Assembly (NCBI GenBank): GCA_043228905.1
Contig: JBHGNT010000003.1
Coordinates: 14,694,001-14,758,000, forward strand
Reading direction: 5' to 3'
Source of the DNA: Azolla caroliniana
Taxonomy: Eukaryota; Plantae; Polypodiophyta
Length of the DNA stretch: 64,000 nucleotides
The notes under the pieces were generated by a model that was not told where the DNA came from, searched no databases, and saw nothing but the letters and a program-made list of their open reading frames with translations. The position numbers were made by a program, and so were the translations under genes. How positions within the stretch are numbered: position 1 is the first letter of the stretch; every line of letters begins with the position of its first letter. Below are positions 12,305 to 23,618 of the stretch, piece after piece.

Positions 12305-12490
12305 CATCCGGCTCCGTAACCGGGGTCTTCAGCATCCGGCTCCGTAGCCGGGGTCTTCATCATCCGGCACCGTAGCCGGGGTCTTCATCATCCGGCTCCG
12401 TAGCCGGGGTCTTCATCATCCGGCACCGTAGCCGGGGTCTTCATCATCCGGCTCCGTAGCCGGGGTCTTCATCATCCGGCACCGTAACCG
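12305..12490. repeat. 28-bp tandem array (~6.6 units) in U3 of D; identical copy at 17144-17329
   Basis: Unit CATCCGGC(T/A)CCGTAGCCGGGGTCTTCAT starts at 12305, 12333, 12361, 12389, 12417, 12445 and 12473. Confidence 0.95.
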
Positions 12491-12561
12491 CAACCGGGCT
12501 TGCCGTCATTCATCTCCGGACATCCCATCCGGAGGGACCGAAATCCCAACAAACTCCCCCT

Positions 12562-15500
12562 TCACTTCGGCATGGGATGTCTCTCCAATCCGACCCTCTT
12601 CCGGCACGCTTCCAGCTTGTCGGGTGTGAGCACTTTGGTCAGCATATCTGACCCGTTCTCTTCCGTGTGGATCTTCGTCAGCATGAACTCCTGGTCTTCT
12701 ATCCTTTCCCGGATCCAGTGATATCTTCGCTGGATGTGCTTCGTCCAGGAGTGATAGGCCGCGTTCTTCGCAAGGTGGATGGCACTCTGACTGTCGCAGT
12801 AGAGTCGGTACTCCTCTTGCCGGATACCGAGCTCTCTAATGAAGTCCTTCATCCATATTATTTCCTTGCCGGCTTCAACAGCCGCCATGTACTCCGCCTC
12901 CGTGGTTGACAACGCAACCGTCTTCTGCAGCCTCGACTGCCACGAAACAGCTCCCCCTGCATACGTCATCACATACCCTGATGTGGACCGGCTGGTATCT
13001 TCATCAGCCGACATATCCGAATCGGTAAAGCCGTCGAGTTCGGGCTTACCGGAGCCGAATCGGAGGCACACGTTTGCCGTGCCCTTCCGGTATCGGAGTA
13101 TCCACTTGACCGCGTTCCAGTGGTCTTTGCCGGGATTGCTCATGTGCCGGCTCACCACTCCGACTGCGTATCCTATGTCCGGTCTTGTACACACCATTGC
13201 GTACATCAAGCTTCCGACGGCAGAGGCATATGGTACTTTCATCATGTCCTCCTTCTCAGCCTTTGTCTTGGGGCTCTGCTTGCTGGACAACTTGCAGTTT
13301 GCCGGGAGGGTTGACCCGACCGGTCTTGCTTCCGACATGTTGAACCGGTGAAGCACCTTTGTCACGTACTTCTCCTGTGACAGCCACAACTGCTTCTTCT
13401 TCCGGTCCCGGATGATGTGCATCCCTAGTATTTGCCTCGCCGGACCCAGGTCCTTCATTGAGAAGGTTCGGTGAAGAGCCTTCTTCAGCATCCGTATCTT
13501 GACCTGGTCCCGTCCGACGATCAACATGTCGTCCACGTATAGGAGGAGTATTAGAAAGTCTCCTCCTTCGAACTTCTTCACAAACACGCAGTGATCGGAC
13601 TGCGTTTTGTGGTACCCTTCGTCGGTCATGAAGGAGTCGAACTTCCGGTACCATTGCCGGGGAGCCTGCTTCAGTCCGTAAAGGCTCTTCTTCAACCGGC
13701 ATACCAGGTGCTCCTTCCCTTTCTTCTCGAATCCTTCCGGTTGCTGCATGTAGATCTCTTCTTCGAGGTCACCGTGAAGGAATGTCGTCTTCACGTCCAT
13801 CTGTTCTACCTCGAGGTCCATGCTTGCCGCTATGCTCAGCACCGTCCGGATGGAGGTCATCTTCACTACCGGGGCAAATATCTCGTCGAAGTCGACGCCC
13901 TTCTTCTGCTGAAACCCCTTCACCACGATCCTGGCTTTGTATCTCGGGGGGTTTCCGGCATCTCCCGGTTTCAGCTTGAACACCCACTTGTTTCGAAGTG
14001 CCCGCTTTCCTTTCGGCAACTCCACAAGTTCATATGTGTGGTTCTCATGCAGGGAATCCATCTCGTCCTGCATGGCACTCAACCACCTGCGGCTCTGGGT
14101 GTCATGCTTTGCTTCTTCAAAGCTCTCCGGCTCCCCCTCGTCGGTTAGCAGCACGTGCTCTGGTTCCGGAAATCTCCGGGGGGCCCTTCTCTCTCTTAGA
14201 GGATATCTCCGTTCCGGAGCTTCGGTAACCGGTTCTTCCGATTCTTCTTCATCCGAATCCATTTTGGGATCGGGGCCGGTTCCGGTATCATTTTCATCTT
14301 CTTCGGCCGGTTCTGTTTCTTCACCGTCTTCGGCCGGATCCTCGAGAGCTAACCGGTCCCTTGCCGGTCGGGACTGCTCCTCGTAGAGTTGATCCTCACC
14401 GGTCGACTTGGAGCTCTTCATCTTCTTCTCCGACTCCCAGTCGGCGAGTGTCTTGTTCTCCATGAAGATGATATCTCGACTCCTGAATATCTTCTTGTCG
14501 ACCGGGTCCCATACTCGGTAGCCGAACTCGTCGTCGCCGTAACCGAGGAATATGCATGGCCGGGTCTTTGAATCTAGCTTTCCTCTCCGGTCCTTTGCCA
14601 CATGCACGTATGCGAGACACCCGAACACCTTCAGATGCCGGTAGGACACTTCCTTACCGGTCCACACTTTCTGCGGCGTGTCTCCGTCCAAAGGTACTGA
14701 GGGTGATCTATTTATCACATACGTCGCCGTCGACATTGCCTCAGCCCAAAACCCCTTGGGTAATTTCGCATGCGCCAGCATACTCCGGACCCTCTCCATT
14801 ATGGTCCGGTTCATCCTCTCGGCCAGCCCGTTCAGTTCCGGCGTCTTCGGCACAGTAAACTCGAGCCGGATCCCCTTCGAGCGACAGTACTCCTGGAACT
14901 GCCCCCGGTATTCCCCTCCGTTATCCGCTCGTATCGCTTTCAGCTTCTTGCCGGATTCTCTTTCCACTCTCGCGTGGAGTTCTTTGAAGACGGACAACAC
15001 TTGGTCCTTTGTCTTCATCGGTGCCGTCCACAGTCTTCGGCTATGATCATCTATGAATGTTACGAAGTACTGGGCTCCGCCATGTGACTTCGTTTCTACC
15101 TGACACACATCGGTGTGCACCAACTCCAATGGTGCGCTACGTCTCGTCGGTGGCCTTGAGTGGAAGGAGGTTCGGTTCTGCTTACCGGCCAGGCAATCGG
15201 TGCACTTTTCCAGGTGCACATGCTTCACTGGGATAAGGTTGTCTTCTGCAAGCCTCTTCATCCCCTTCTCACTCATGTGGCACAGTCTTTTGTGCCACAG
15301 CTCACCGGCAGTGTCGGCTGCCACATTCAGCTCTTCCGGACATAGCCGGGAGTTCATCAGGTACAGTGTGTTGACCTTCCGGGCCCGAGCCACTATCAGG
15401 CTCCCCTTGCTGAACTTCATGACACCGTTCCGGATGCTACCCGTGTAGCCTTCATCATCTAGCCTCCCGGCCGAGATCAGGTTCAATCGGACTTCCGGAA

Positions 15501-16635
15501 CGTGTCGCACATCCTTCAGCAGCATCTTGCATCCGGTTGATGTCATCAGCCACACGTCTCCTATGCCGGCAATCCGGCATGTGCCTTCATTTCCCATCCG
15601 GACACAACCATGCTCACCGGCTGTGTAGGATGAGAAGTATTTCTTCTCCGGGGTCAGGTGGAACGACGCTCCGGAATCGACCACCCAGGTCATCTCTACA
15701 CCGGCAAGGTTCAGCTCCCTCTCTTCGGTAATGAGCATTATCTCTTCTTCACTTGCCGCGAGTGCCGTCGTTCCTTTCCGGTCCTGCCCTCGCCGATCCG
15801 GACCTCTCCGGTCCGTGGCTCCCCGGTATGCACCGTTTCTCTCCGGTGACTTCTTCGAATCGGTGTCGTCGGCTCCGTTGTCCTTTCGGTAATGCCGACA
15901 ATTCTTCCGGAAGTGCCCCGGCTTCCCACAGTGGAAGCATGTGGGCCTTCCTCTTGACTGCGACCGGGTCCCCGACTTCTCCCGTCTTTGCGGACTCCGG
16001 TTCCATTGTCTTCCCCGATCCGATTCGGTAAGCAGCGCCTTCGAGTCGGAGGCCGGTTCTTTATCTCTCCGACGCGCTTCTTCGTTCAAAATGCTTGTCT
16101 TTACCGTTTGTAGAGACAAGTTATCTTCGGTGCAGGAGGTGCTGAGAGTCACCACCAAGTTCTCCCAGCTTTCCGACAATGTACACATCAGAATGATGGC
16201 TTGCATTGCATCCTCCAACGGGAACTTGATCGCCGCAAGCTGGTTCACGAATCCCATGAACGTGCTTACGTGTTCCACCATACTCTCGTCGTCCCGATAC
16301 TTGAGGTTCACTATCTTTCTCATCAGGGAGGTTCGGTTCAACGCATTCTTCCTCTCGTAGAGGCCCGACAGCTTCCTCCACATCTCATATGCGTTGGTGT
16401 CGTTCGCCACGTGTTGTAGAACGCTCACGTCGACGTATTGCCGAATGGTTGCAACGGCTTTCCGGTTCAGAAGCCTCCACTCCGTCTCAAGTACCCCCTT
16501 GGGTATTTCCGACCTGTCGATCGGTTCATACAGGTCCCGAACAATGAGCAGATCCTCCATCTTTATCTTCCAGTCGGCGTAGTTCTGCGCATTCAGCACC
16601 ATCATCCCCGGCTGCCCGCTGCTGCCGCCTTCCAT
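12562..16635 (-). CDS. Copia Gag-Pol polyprotein, 1357 aa (gag, CCHC, PR, GAG-pre-integrase, INT, RT, RNase H)
   Basis: Uninterrupted ORF from the first ATG after the PBS (MEGGSSG). Motifs CFHCGKPGHFRKNC, VVDSGAS, HTDVC..DNGGEY..AERMN, LYVDD, FTDSD..EAEY..CDSQSA. Confidence 0.95.
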   Translation of the reverse strand: MEGGSSGQPGMMVLNAQNYADWKIKMEDLLIVRDLYEPIDRSEIPKGVLETEWRLLNRKAVATIRQYVDVSVLQHVANDTNAYEMWRKLSGLYERKNALNRTSLMRKIVNLKYRDDESMVEHVSTFMGFVNQLAAIKFPLEDAMQAIILMCTLSESWENLVVTLSTSCTEDNLSLQTVKTSILNEEARRRDKEPASDSKALLTESDRGRQWNRSPQRREKSGTRSQSRGRPTCFHCGKPGHFRKNCRHYRKDNGADDTDSKKSPERNGAYRGATDRRGPDRRGQDRKGTTALAASEEEIMLITEERELNLAGVEMTWVVDSGASFHLTPEKKYFSSYTAGEHGCVRMGNEGTCRIAGIGDVWLMTSTGCKMLLKDVRHVPEVRLNLISAGRLDDEGYTGSIRNGVMKFSKGSLIVARARKVNTLYLMNSRLCPEELNVAADTAGELWHKRLCHMSEKGMKRLAEDNLIPVKHVHLEKCTDCLAGKQNRTSFHSRPPTRRSAPLELVHTDVCQVETKSHGGAQYFVTFIDDHSRRLWTAPMKTKDQVLSVFKELHARVERESGKKLKAIRADNGGEYRGQFQEYCRSKGIRLEFTVPKTPELNGLAERMNRTIMERVRSMLAHAKLPKGFWAEAMSTATYVINRSPSVPLDGDTPQKVWTGKEVSYRHLKVFGCLAYVHVAKDRRGKLDSKTRPCIFLGYGDDEFGYRVWDPVDKKIFRSRDIIFMENKTLADWESEKKMKSSKSTGEDQLYEEQSRPARDRLALEDPAEDGEETEPAEEDENDTGTGPDPKMDSDEEESEEPVTEAPERRYPLRERRAPRRFPEPEHVLLTDEGEPESFEEAKHDTQSRRWLSAMQDEMDSLHENHTYELVELPKGKRALRNKWVFKLKPGDAGNPPRYKARIVVKGFQQKKGVDFDEIFAPVVKMTSIRTVLSIAASMDLEVEQMDVKTTFLHGDLEEEIYMQQPEGFEKKGKEHLVCRLKKSLYGLKQAPRQWYRKFDSFMTDEGYHKTQSDHCVFVKKFEGGDFLILLLYVDDMLIVGRDQVKIRMLKKALHRTFSMKDLGPARQILGMHIIRDRKKKQLWLSQEKYVTKVLHRFNMSEARPVGSTLPANCKLSSKQSPKTKAEKEDMMKVPYASAVGSLMYAMVCTRPDIGYAVGVVSRHMSNPGKDHWNAVKWILRYRKGTANVCLRFGSGKPELDGFTDSDMSADEDTSRSTSGYVMTYAGGAVSWQSRLQKTVALSTTEAEYMAAVEAGKEIIWMKDFIRELGIRQEEYRLYCDSQSAIHLAKNAAYHSWTKHIQRRYHWIRERIEDQEFMLTKIHTEENGSDMLTKVLTPDKLEACRKRVGLERHPMPK

Positions 16636-17807
16636 TTTCTGTGTTACCGTCGCTCTGATACCACTTTGTCGAAATTCCGTGCTCGGCCACAACCGAGGAA
16701 CTGGATCGATTCACAGAAAACGGGAAATACAACAATGCACGAAAACAATAGAGAGAAGGGTACACTGGATGTTTTACGTGGAAAACCCTAAATGGGAAAA
16801 ACCACGGGAGTGCAAGACTCCAACTATCACTATACGCGGGAATGTACAATGGCGAGCTGCAAGGCGACGACCTTGAGCTCACTGTCCTCGCCACAGGCGG
16901 CGGTATTACACAGAGGCGTCGACCTCTTCCTTCCTCTTTCTCTCTCACTCTCTCTCGGCTGCTCTCACTTCGCTCCCTCTTAGTGGAAAACAGAAAAATG
17001 AGCAACAACATAAACTGTTTGCCCTAAGTCATATTTATACACATATGACTTTCGGGCTATTTACAAATATAGCCTCAAGGGCTCTTGGCAAACATATTCA
17101 CAAATATGTCCCCGCATCCGGATCTCCCTCCGGGTACATTCGTCATCCGGCTCCGTAACCGGGGTCTTCAGCATCCGGCTCCGTAGCCGGGGTCTTCATC
17201 ATCCGGCACCGTAGCCGGGGTCTTCATCATCCGGCTCCGTAGCCGGGGTCTTCATCATCCGGCACCGTAGCCGGGGTCTTCATCATCCGGCTCCGTAGCC
17301 GGGGTCTTCATCATCCGGCACCGTAACCGCAACCGGGCTTGCCGTCATTCATCTCCGGACATCCCATCCGGAGGGACCGAAATCCCAACACTACCGTCGC
17401 TTTGCCGGCTCACCGGCTCCATCGTCGGTCCGGTTTTGGTTGGCCAAAACCTTTACAAGTAATTAGGCCACATCCACTCTTAGTTCAAGTTACCTTGACC
17501 TCTCTATGCTCCACACATAGACACAAAAATAATAACTTTTGCTCCACCTTATATATGGTGAGGGCCTTATTCGTCCAGTCTATGTGGGATATTTCATAAT
17601 TTTCTCTTTTTCTTTCCCAACTTCTTACCCACATAATTTGACACTTAGATGTTTGTTTCTTATGTAGTAAAGTGCACCTCTTCAAGATCTTCGTCTTTTA
17701 TACTAAGATATTAAACTTACTTAGAATTAGTATATTCACTATTATTGTTTTATATGATTGACACTTGATTTTGTACGTTTTATGTGATTTTCACACCATT
17801 GCCGAAA

Positions 17808-19494
17808 ATCTTCACGACAGCGTGCATGCTCGTCGATGCACCCACATGGTTCTCTTCAACAAGAAGCATTGATTGCAACGCGAAGAAGGACATGGTATTC
17901 TCTCTCGTGCAGATCACCGTTCATAATGATCTAAACTTCTGCACCAAGCCTCCAAGGTAGACCTACATCATCTCATCTTCTTCAACTGTCACGTTGATAG
18001 ACCAGAGTGAGTCGCAGATCTCCTTGATTTTGGAGGTCTAATCAGCCACTGACATATCTCTTTGTCGGACATTCCTCAGCTCTTGTCTAAGCTATAGTTT
18101 TCAGGCTATGGTTCTTGTGGAAAAAATCTTCTTAAGATTTCCCCAAGCATCCTTCGGCGTTTTGGCATCCCGGATGTAGCTCAATAGTTGGTCGCATGCA
18201 CTAGATGCGAAGCAGTAAAAGACTCTACTTGCGGCATGTTCCCAAGCTGGAAAATCTCTATGTGTCGAATCTGATGCTGCATCATTAGCTCCTTCGACAT
18301 AACTCTAGTATCCATGCCCAAGCAGGTCGGATGCATCTTGTATGAGCAAGATGTGAAGTTGCTTTTTTCGAGCTTCTCTGTTATAACCAAGTTGCCCATG
18401 CATCTGTCCATGTTCTTCTTTTTTTTCTTTTTTAGAAGACGAAGGCTTGTCTCTGTCTTGTTTGCTTTGTCAATAGTAGAGGATTCTTCTAACCCTCACA
18501 CTCTGGTACCATGTAAAAGATGATGTGCGGAAGTGTTCTGCAAGACAAAGGTACACAGTCGGTTATCCAGAACAACAGTAGATAGGTATTCGTAGAGAAT
18601 GGAGATACACGGTATGAGAGAGAGATACAGAGAGCAGACAACAAAACATGTATTCAAAATAATCAACACTCTGTACATCAAATGTGCTCAGTGAACACTC
18701 TGTTGAACGGGCAAGCTCAACCGAATCCGAACCGGTATCCGGAACGGAGAACCAGATAGGTGTCCAGATATATCGGTATCCGGAACTAGAGCCGGACCGA
18801 AGAACCGGATCATACTCCGGAATAGTGAGAACCAGTTGGTTGTTGGAGCCTACGGTCCAAGCCTAATACGTAAGCATATTCCTTGGAGTTAGTGCTAGTC
18901 ACTCGTATGAGCATTGAAGTACATGTCAGTACTTTTGTCAGTACTTTTAAGGACTTGCATAAAAAAGTGCTCTATAGGACATTTGTATGTACAGAGTGTG
19001 ACTATTTTGAATTGAGTTTATGCTATTCTGCTCTCTCTGTCTCTCTCGTGTATTGTGTATTCTTAAACTTCCATTAAACCTCCATTTTTGTTCTAGTGTT
19101 GTTATCTGGGTGAACCGGCTCGTCAAAGCTTCTGCATATTAACTTTGACACACTCTTTATACAAGTCCTAAAAGGACAGACAGAAGTATTGACAAGTACT
19201 TGAATGCTCATTAATTGAGCCTGACAGTAACAACCTGTAATATTCCTATTCACTAAAATAGGAATATAGGCCCCTCACAGCCTATTGAATTCCATCCAAC
19301 TCGGCCTAGCCGATCGGTCTTCATCCAATCCGGCTCTTGATTTCTTCAACCGATTGGGGCCTAGCCAATCAGTCATCATTCGATCCGGCTCCCAGCTTCC
19401 TCAATCGATCCGGGCCTAGCCGATCAGTCTCCATCCGATACGGCTCTCGGCTTCCTCAACCAATCCAGCCGAAGTTGAGCTTGCTCGCTCAACA
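17808..19494 (-). mobile_element. Ty1/copia element E, 5' part (gag N-terminus, PBS, 5' LTR 18512-19494 containing a solo LTR)
   Basis: Gag fragment MDRCMGNLVITEKLEKSNF, mutated PBS TGGTACCAGAG at 18501-18511. The LTR resembles those of A and C and starts (minus) TGTTGAGCGAGCAAGCTCAAC. Confidence 0.85.
18701..19150 (+). mobile_element. Solo LTR of the A/C/E copia group, opposite orientation
   Basis: TGTTGAACGGGCAAGCTCAAC...TGACA with TSD CACTC at 18696-18700 and 19151-19155. Confidence 0.9.
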
Positions 19495-19925
19495 TTGGGC
19501 GACCACATTTGGTTGGGGGATCAAGCTAGTGATAGTTGGGCAACTAGTAACAAAGAGTTTGGCGACTGAGGTGTTAGAGTTGGGTGACCACAGATAGCTT
19601 TTTTATTTACACATTTTTTTAATCCAAATCGGGTGGTGCAAATCGCATGCGCTCTCAGTTGAGCGACTTCACCATCTATGGCAGTGATCCCTCGCCATGC
19701 CTATTTATGATTTAGATGCAAATAGACATGTGGCAGGCATTGGGATGCAGATGGATGGATGGATTGTCTTTCACGGTGGTGTGTGTGTGTTTTCTGTAAC
19801 ATTCTCACTCTCTCTCATGTTTCCATACAAAATCCAATCACGGGAAAGGAGACGAAGGTTGTATGTACATATATGTACTACATACATATTATTAACATCC
19901 CTCTCTCTCTCTCTCTATCTCTTTC

Positions 19926-22900
19926 TTTTTTTTCCGTAAATACTGGCTTTCATTACGAAAGAAAAAACACCACCATGACTAACTTACAACAAACTATAGA
20001 ACCCTTTTATCTATCTAGGGATCTAAAGAAAACTACAACACCAAACTCAATGCCACCCTACACACCAATTCAAATGGTGAATATGATGATATGTGACCTT
20101 GCAGAGTTCTCTCTCTTCCTGGTTGAGATTTCATGACTTCTCTAACACTGTCAATTGCCACAAAAGAAGTCCTTTTAACTTTAGAACATATTTTCTCACC
20201 CCCACTTGCGAATAAAAAATGAAGGCATTCCACATATTCCAATTGAATCATAACCCCCAATACCTCAAGAACTCAAAAATAATTTGAGAATGAGGCATTG
20301 GTTCATTGTTCTCCATATGTGCAAAAACCCAATTGAAGGAAGATAGACGTACTCCGGTTAGAGACATCCACACTAAACTGATACACCTCCAAACCATCCT
20401 TGCCATCGGGCAGGAAATAAATCGATGCCTACTATGTTCCAATTCTACCGAACAAAAGAAACACAATCCTTTAGTAATGTTTCTTTTTTCTAATGCATCC
20501 CCCAATGGTAAAGCTCCAATCATAACTCTCCAAACAAATACCTTGGCTCGTAGCATTAATCGAGAACACCAACCTGCCTTGATCACATGAAGCCACCAAG
20601 TAATGGGCTTATGAAACCCCCATATCTTTATAACCCTTTCTTCCAACCACTTATGTTTGTTAATCAACGTGTGATAAGCAACATTTGTTGAGATCATAGT
20701 CAATCTCTTATTTCCAACAAACCTCCAATCAACCTCTTGAGATCGCCCATCTAAATAAGGAATTGGCTCATACGAAGATAGTATTTGTTGCAACTTATCC
20801 CAAATAAAGGTATAACCTTTTGGAATACAAAATGTTGATCTGATTGTTCGAAAAGCCATTAATCTTCTTTGTGACACCCACATAGCATCCTTAATTGTTA
20901 CCAAACCCAATCTAGCCATCTGATTAAATTGAAGGTTAAAAATTTGCTTACCTTCCCACTTCAACAACCTTGATGTCGCCAAAACCTCCATTTGTAATGA
21001 ATTGACACATCCCCTTTCTTGTGGGGGATGCCATTCCACAAAATGTAACATACTTTGCCATGATGTCAACAAATAATCAACTATCATAGACCCTGCACAT
21101 TTGACATCCCTATCAAAATTAATTACATTCCACCAATTTGCTTCAACCTTCATGTTTCCAAGCTTTATTCCGTTCTTCTCTATAAAGTATGCCACCATCT
21201 CTGTCCAAGGTTGTACACCTTCAAACATAAATAGAATGAAAGTAAATAAGCGAGCCACCATATGCTCATATAGATTTAATATTGATGCCCCGCCAAGACA
21301 CTTCGGAGTACAAACATGATCCCATGCCAACCACGACAAGGCACTTTTTCCTTTTCTTTTCCATAACAACATTTGCATCGAGCGTGTCAATATTTCAAGA
21401 GCTTTCTTTGACCATGGGAGCAAAGGAAGATAATAAGATACCATAGAGACCATAATCGATTGGACCACCTTAAGTCGTACATGCAAAGGCCAAATTTGAG
21501 ACCTCCAATACATAAACTTATCCTCCAACCTTTTGGACACCCACTCAATACGTTTCAAATGAGAAACTTCCACCCCAATTAGATATCCAAGGTGACGAAA
21601 AATCATACCACGATGTACTATCCTTCCTGACCACCCCAACCCCAACACATCTTGTTCTGTACATGAAATGAGGACAGATTTATGTATATTAATTCTCAAC
21701 CCTAAAGCATTTGAAAACAATTCCCACACATCTCTTGTCTTACTAATATTTTCCCGATTAGGTGCCAAAAACATAATATGGTCATCTGCTAGAGCTTGAA
21801 CAATACATGGCTTCCATGATGGCAACCTTAGTCCAAGCAATTCTTCCTCCATAGCCATATTGTGTAACTTAACAAGAATAGAATGTGTCACAATAGTGAA
21901 TAGTAAAGGACTTACCGAGCATCCTTGTCTAACCGACCTCCGAATAGAAATCGGTTGTGTTACTCTTCCATTAAACATCACATGTGAAACCAAACCCTCC
22001 CCTAATGTGTATATCAACTTAGACATACGATCACCAAAACCCATATGAGACATCAATTGATTTATAAATGACCAATCCACATTATCCTAGGCTTTCTCGA
22101 TATCCAATTATAGCAACACCAATTCTTGCTTCGAATCCTTTACATAGTCAATTGCCATTTGAACATTTAAAATATTATGTAAAATGTCTCTTTTTGCTAA
22201 AAACCCATATTGAGCATTATGAATAATAGAAGGTAAAACCTTATGCAACCTATTGGCTATCACTTTTGCAAAAATCTTGTGCATTCCCCCCATCAATGAA
22301 ATAGGCCTCCATTGAGCAAAGGAAGATGGAGAAGGCACCTTCGGCAAAAGTTTTATCAAACCAATCTTCCAGGAATGAGGCATTTCCCCTGATGTTCACA
22401 CCTTCTGAAATAAAACCGTAAAAGGCCCCTTTAACTTAATCACATATTTCTTAAAGAGTTCATTTGTTAATCCATCCCACCCAGGACTCCTATCATTAGC
22501 AAAATGTGACATATGTTCCACCTCATCCTCTGAAATATTAGCATCTAATGATTGTGCCACATCATGCGATACATGATTTTTCACTCCATTAAAAAATACA
22601 TCTCTATCCTTTTTAACATTATCATTGATACAAACTTGTACATCCAACAATTGTGTATAATAGTCTATGCATTTCTTCACAATTTCTTGAGAATCGAAAC
22701 ACGTGATACCATTTTCCTCTAACCTTACCACATTATGTCGTGCATGTGATTCATGAAGGTCATGAAAAAACTTATGTAATTGACAATTAGCATCATCCAC
22801 TTCTTGTCCTAGATGATGTAGTCTAGTATGTTGATAATTTTTTTCCGCTAGATGATGTAGTCTAGTATGTTGACATTTTCCGTTGAAATTAATACCTCTT

Positions 22901-23302
22901 GATATCCCAACAACTCTACATCCGTTGGCCAATAAGTTAACAATGAGTTGCATTTATCAAGCAAATTAACTAGGAGACTTAATTTCTTTCTCCTTTTAAA
23001 AGCATGGTGAATTCCATAATACCACGAACATTTGCAACAAATACTTCCCACGCTTCATACCCATCAAATTGAACATGATAGGCAAATGCATCAATCAATT
23101 GACACATATAGGCATGGAAGACCTCATGATCCAAAATGATGAATTAAAAATCAACGGTGGTTTTCCTAAAAACTCATGAAAAGCTCTAATTGAATGGTGA
23201 GTGAATTCAAAAATTAATGGGAAATGATCTGATATAATTGACCCATAAGACACTTAAATATCCAAAATCTCTAGTAAAAATCCTTCGGTATGCATTACAT
23301 AC
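19926..23302 (-). mobile_element. L1-clade LINE, decayed, 5' part lost (end of APE, RT, zf-RVT-like C-terminus)
   Basis: SDHFPL endonuclease end near 23220, WRPISL, VRQGCSVSPLLF, ADD, CFFC...H.FISC. Short A-tail at ~19926-19933. Confidence 0.88.
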
Positions 23303-23618
23303 TATTACTCCTTGGGGCTGGACAATAGCCTAACACAGGGTGTCTACAGAAGACACTTCACCAAAGGGTGTTACGGTGAAACAGAGTTAGACCGACGATT
23401 AATCAGACCTTAATCGGTTACTTAAGCAACATATCCCATAATCTTAATACACACGTAAGATAGACAATAATTAGCACAGAACGGTAATCAATACACAGAG
23501 ATAAGAAAATAGAGCTTTATTAATTATCCGTCGTCATTTACAATGTAACCAGCCTTTTTATAGATCAACGGTTCTGCATACAAAACGGTGCCAACCGGCA
23601 CACTAATATGAACCAGTC
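23303..23618 (-). mobile_element. Partial gypsy LTR related to G, inserted in the L1 and itself interrupted by G
   Basis: Diverged copy of 23619-~23915. It begins TATTACTCC where the G LTR begins TGTTAATCC. Confidence 0.75.

Larger units (their letters stand above)
11828..17390 (-). mobile_element. Ty1/copia element D (Tnt1/Tork-like), intact and very young
   Basis: LTRs 11828-12551 and 16667-17390 (724 bp each, one mismatch seen). PBS 16652-16663 with 3-nt spacer, PPT 12554-12562, flanking duplication CTACCG(T). Confidence 0.97.
11345..17807. other. Unclassified ~0.9 kb insertion (11345-11827 + 17391-~17807) that hosts element D
   Basis: AT-rich flanks around a CCGG-rich core that is continuous across D's target site. 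It is unrelated to the copia sequence on either side, and no clear TIR or TSD was seen. Confidence 0.45.

Noticed and set aside
12305-12490. CRISPR-like 28-bp repeats (also 17144-17329 and the 54-bp array at 37895-38122)
   Set aside because: Head-to-tail units without spacers, located inside LTR U3 regions, with no cas genes and a eukaryotic context.
12667-16582. Many overlapping antisense and alternate-frame ORFs over D and other elements
   Set aside because: Shadow ORFs expected from GC-rich coding sequence, with no recognisable domains.
16636-16692. N-terminal 19 aa of the 1376-aa ORF call
   Set aside because: Starts at a non-ATG codon in the LTR and crosses the PBS; the ATG at 16635 matches F's gag start.
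22809-22875. Repeated HTRLHHL peptide in L1 ORF2
   Set aside because: A local ~39-bp tandem duplication in a decayed element with no sign of function.
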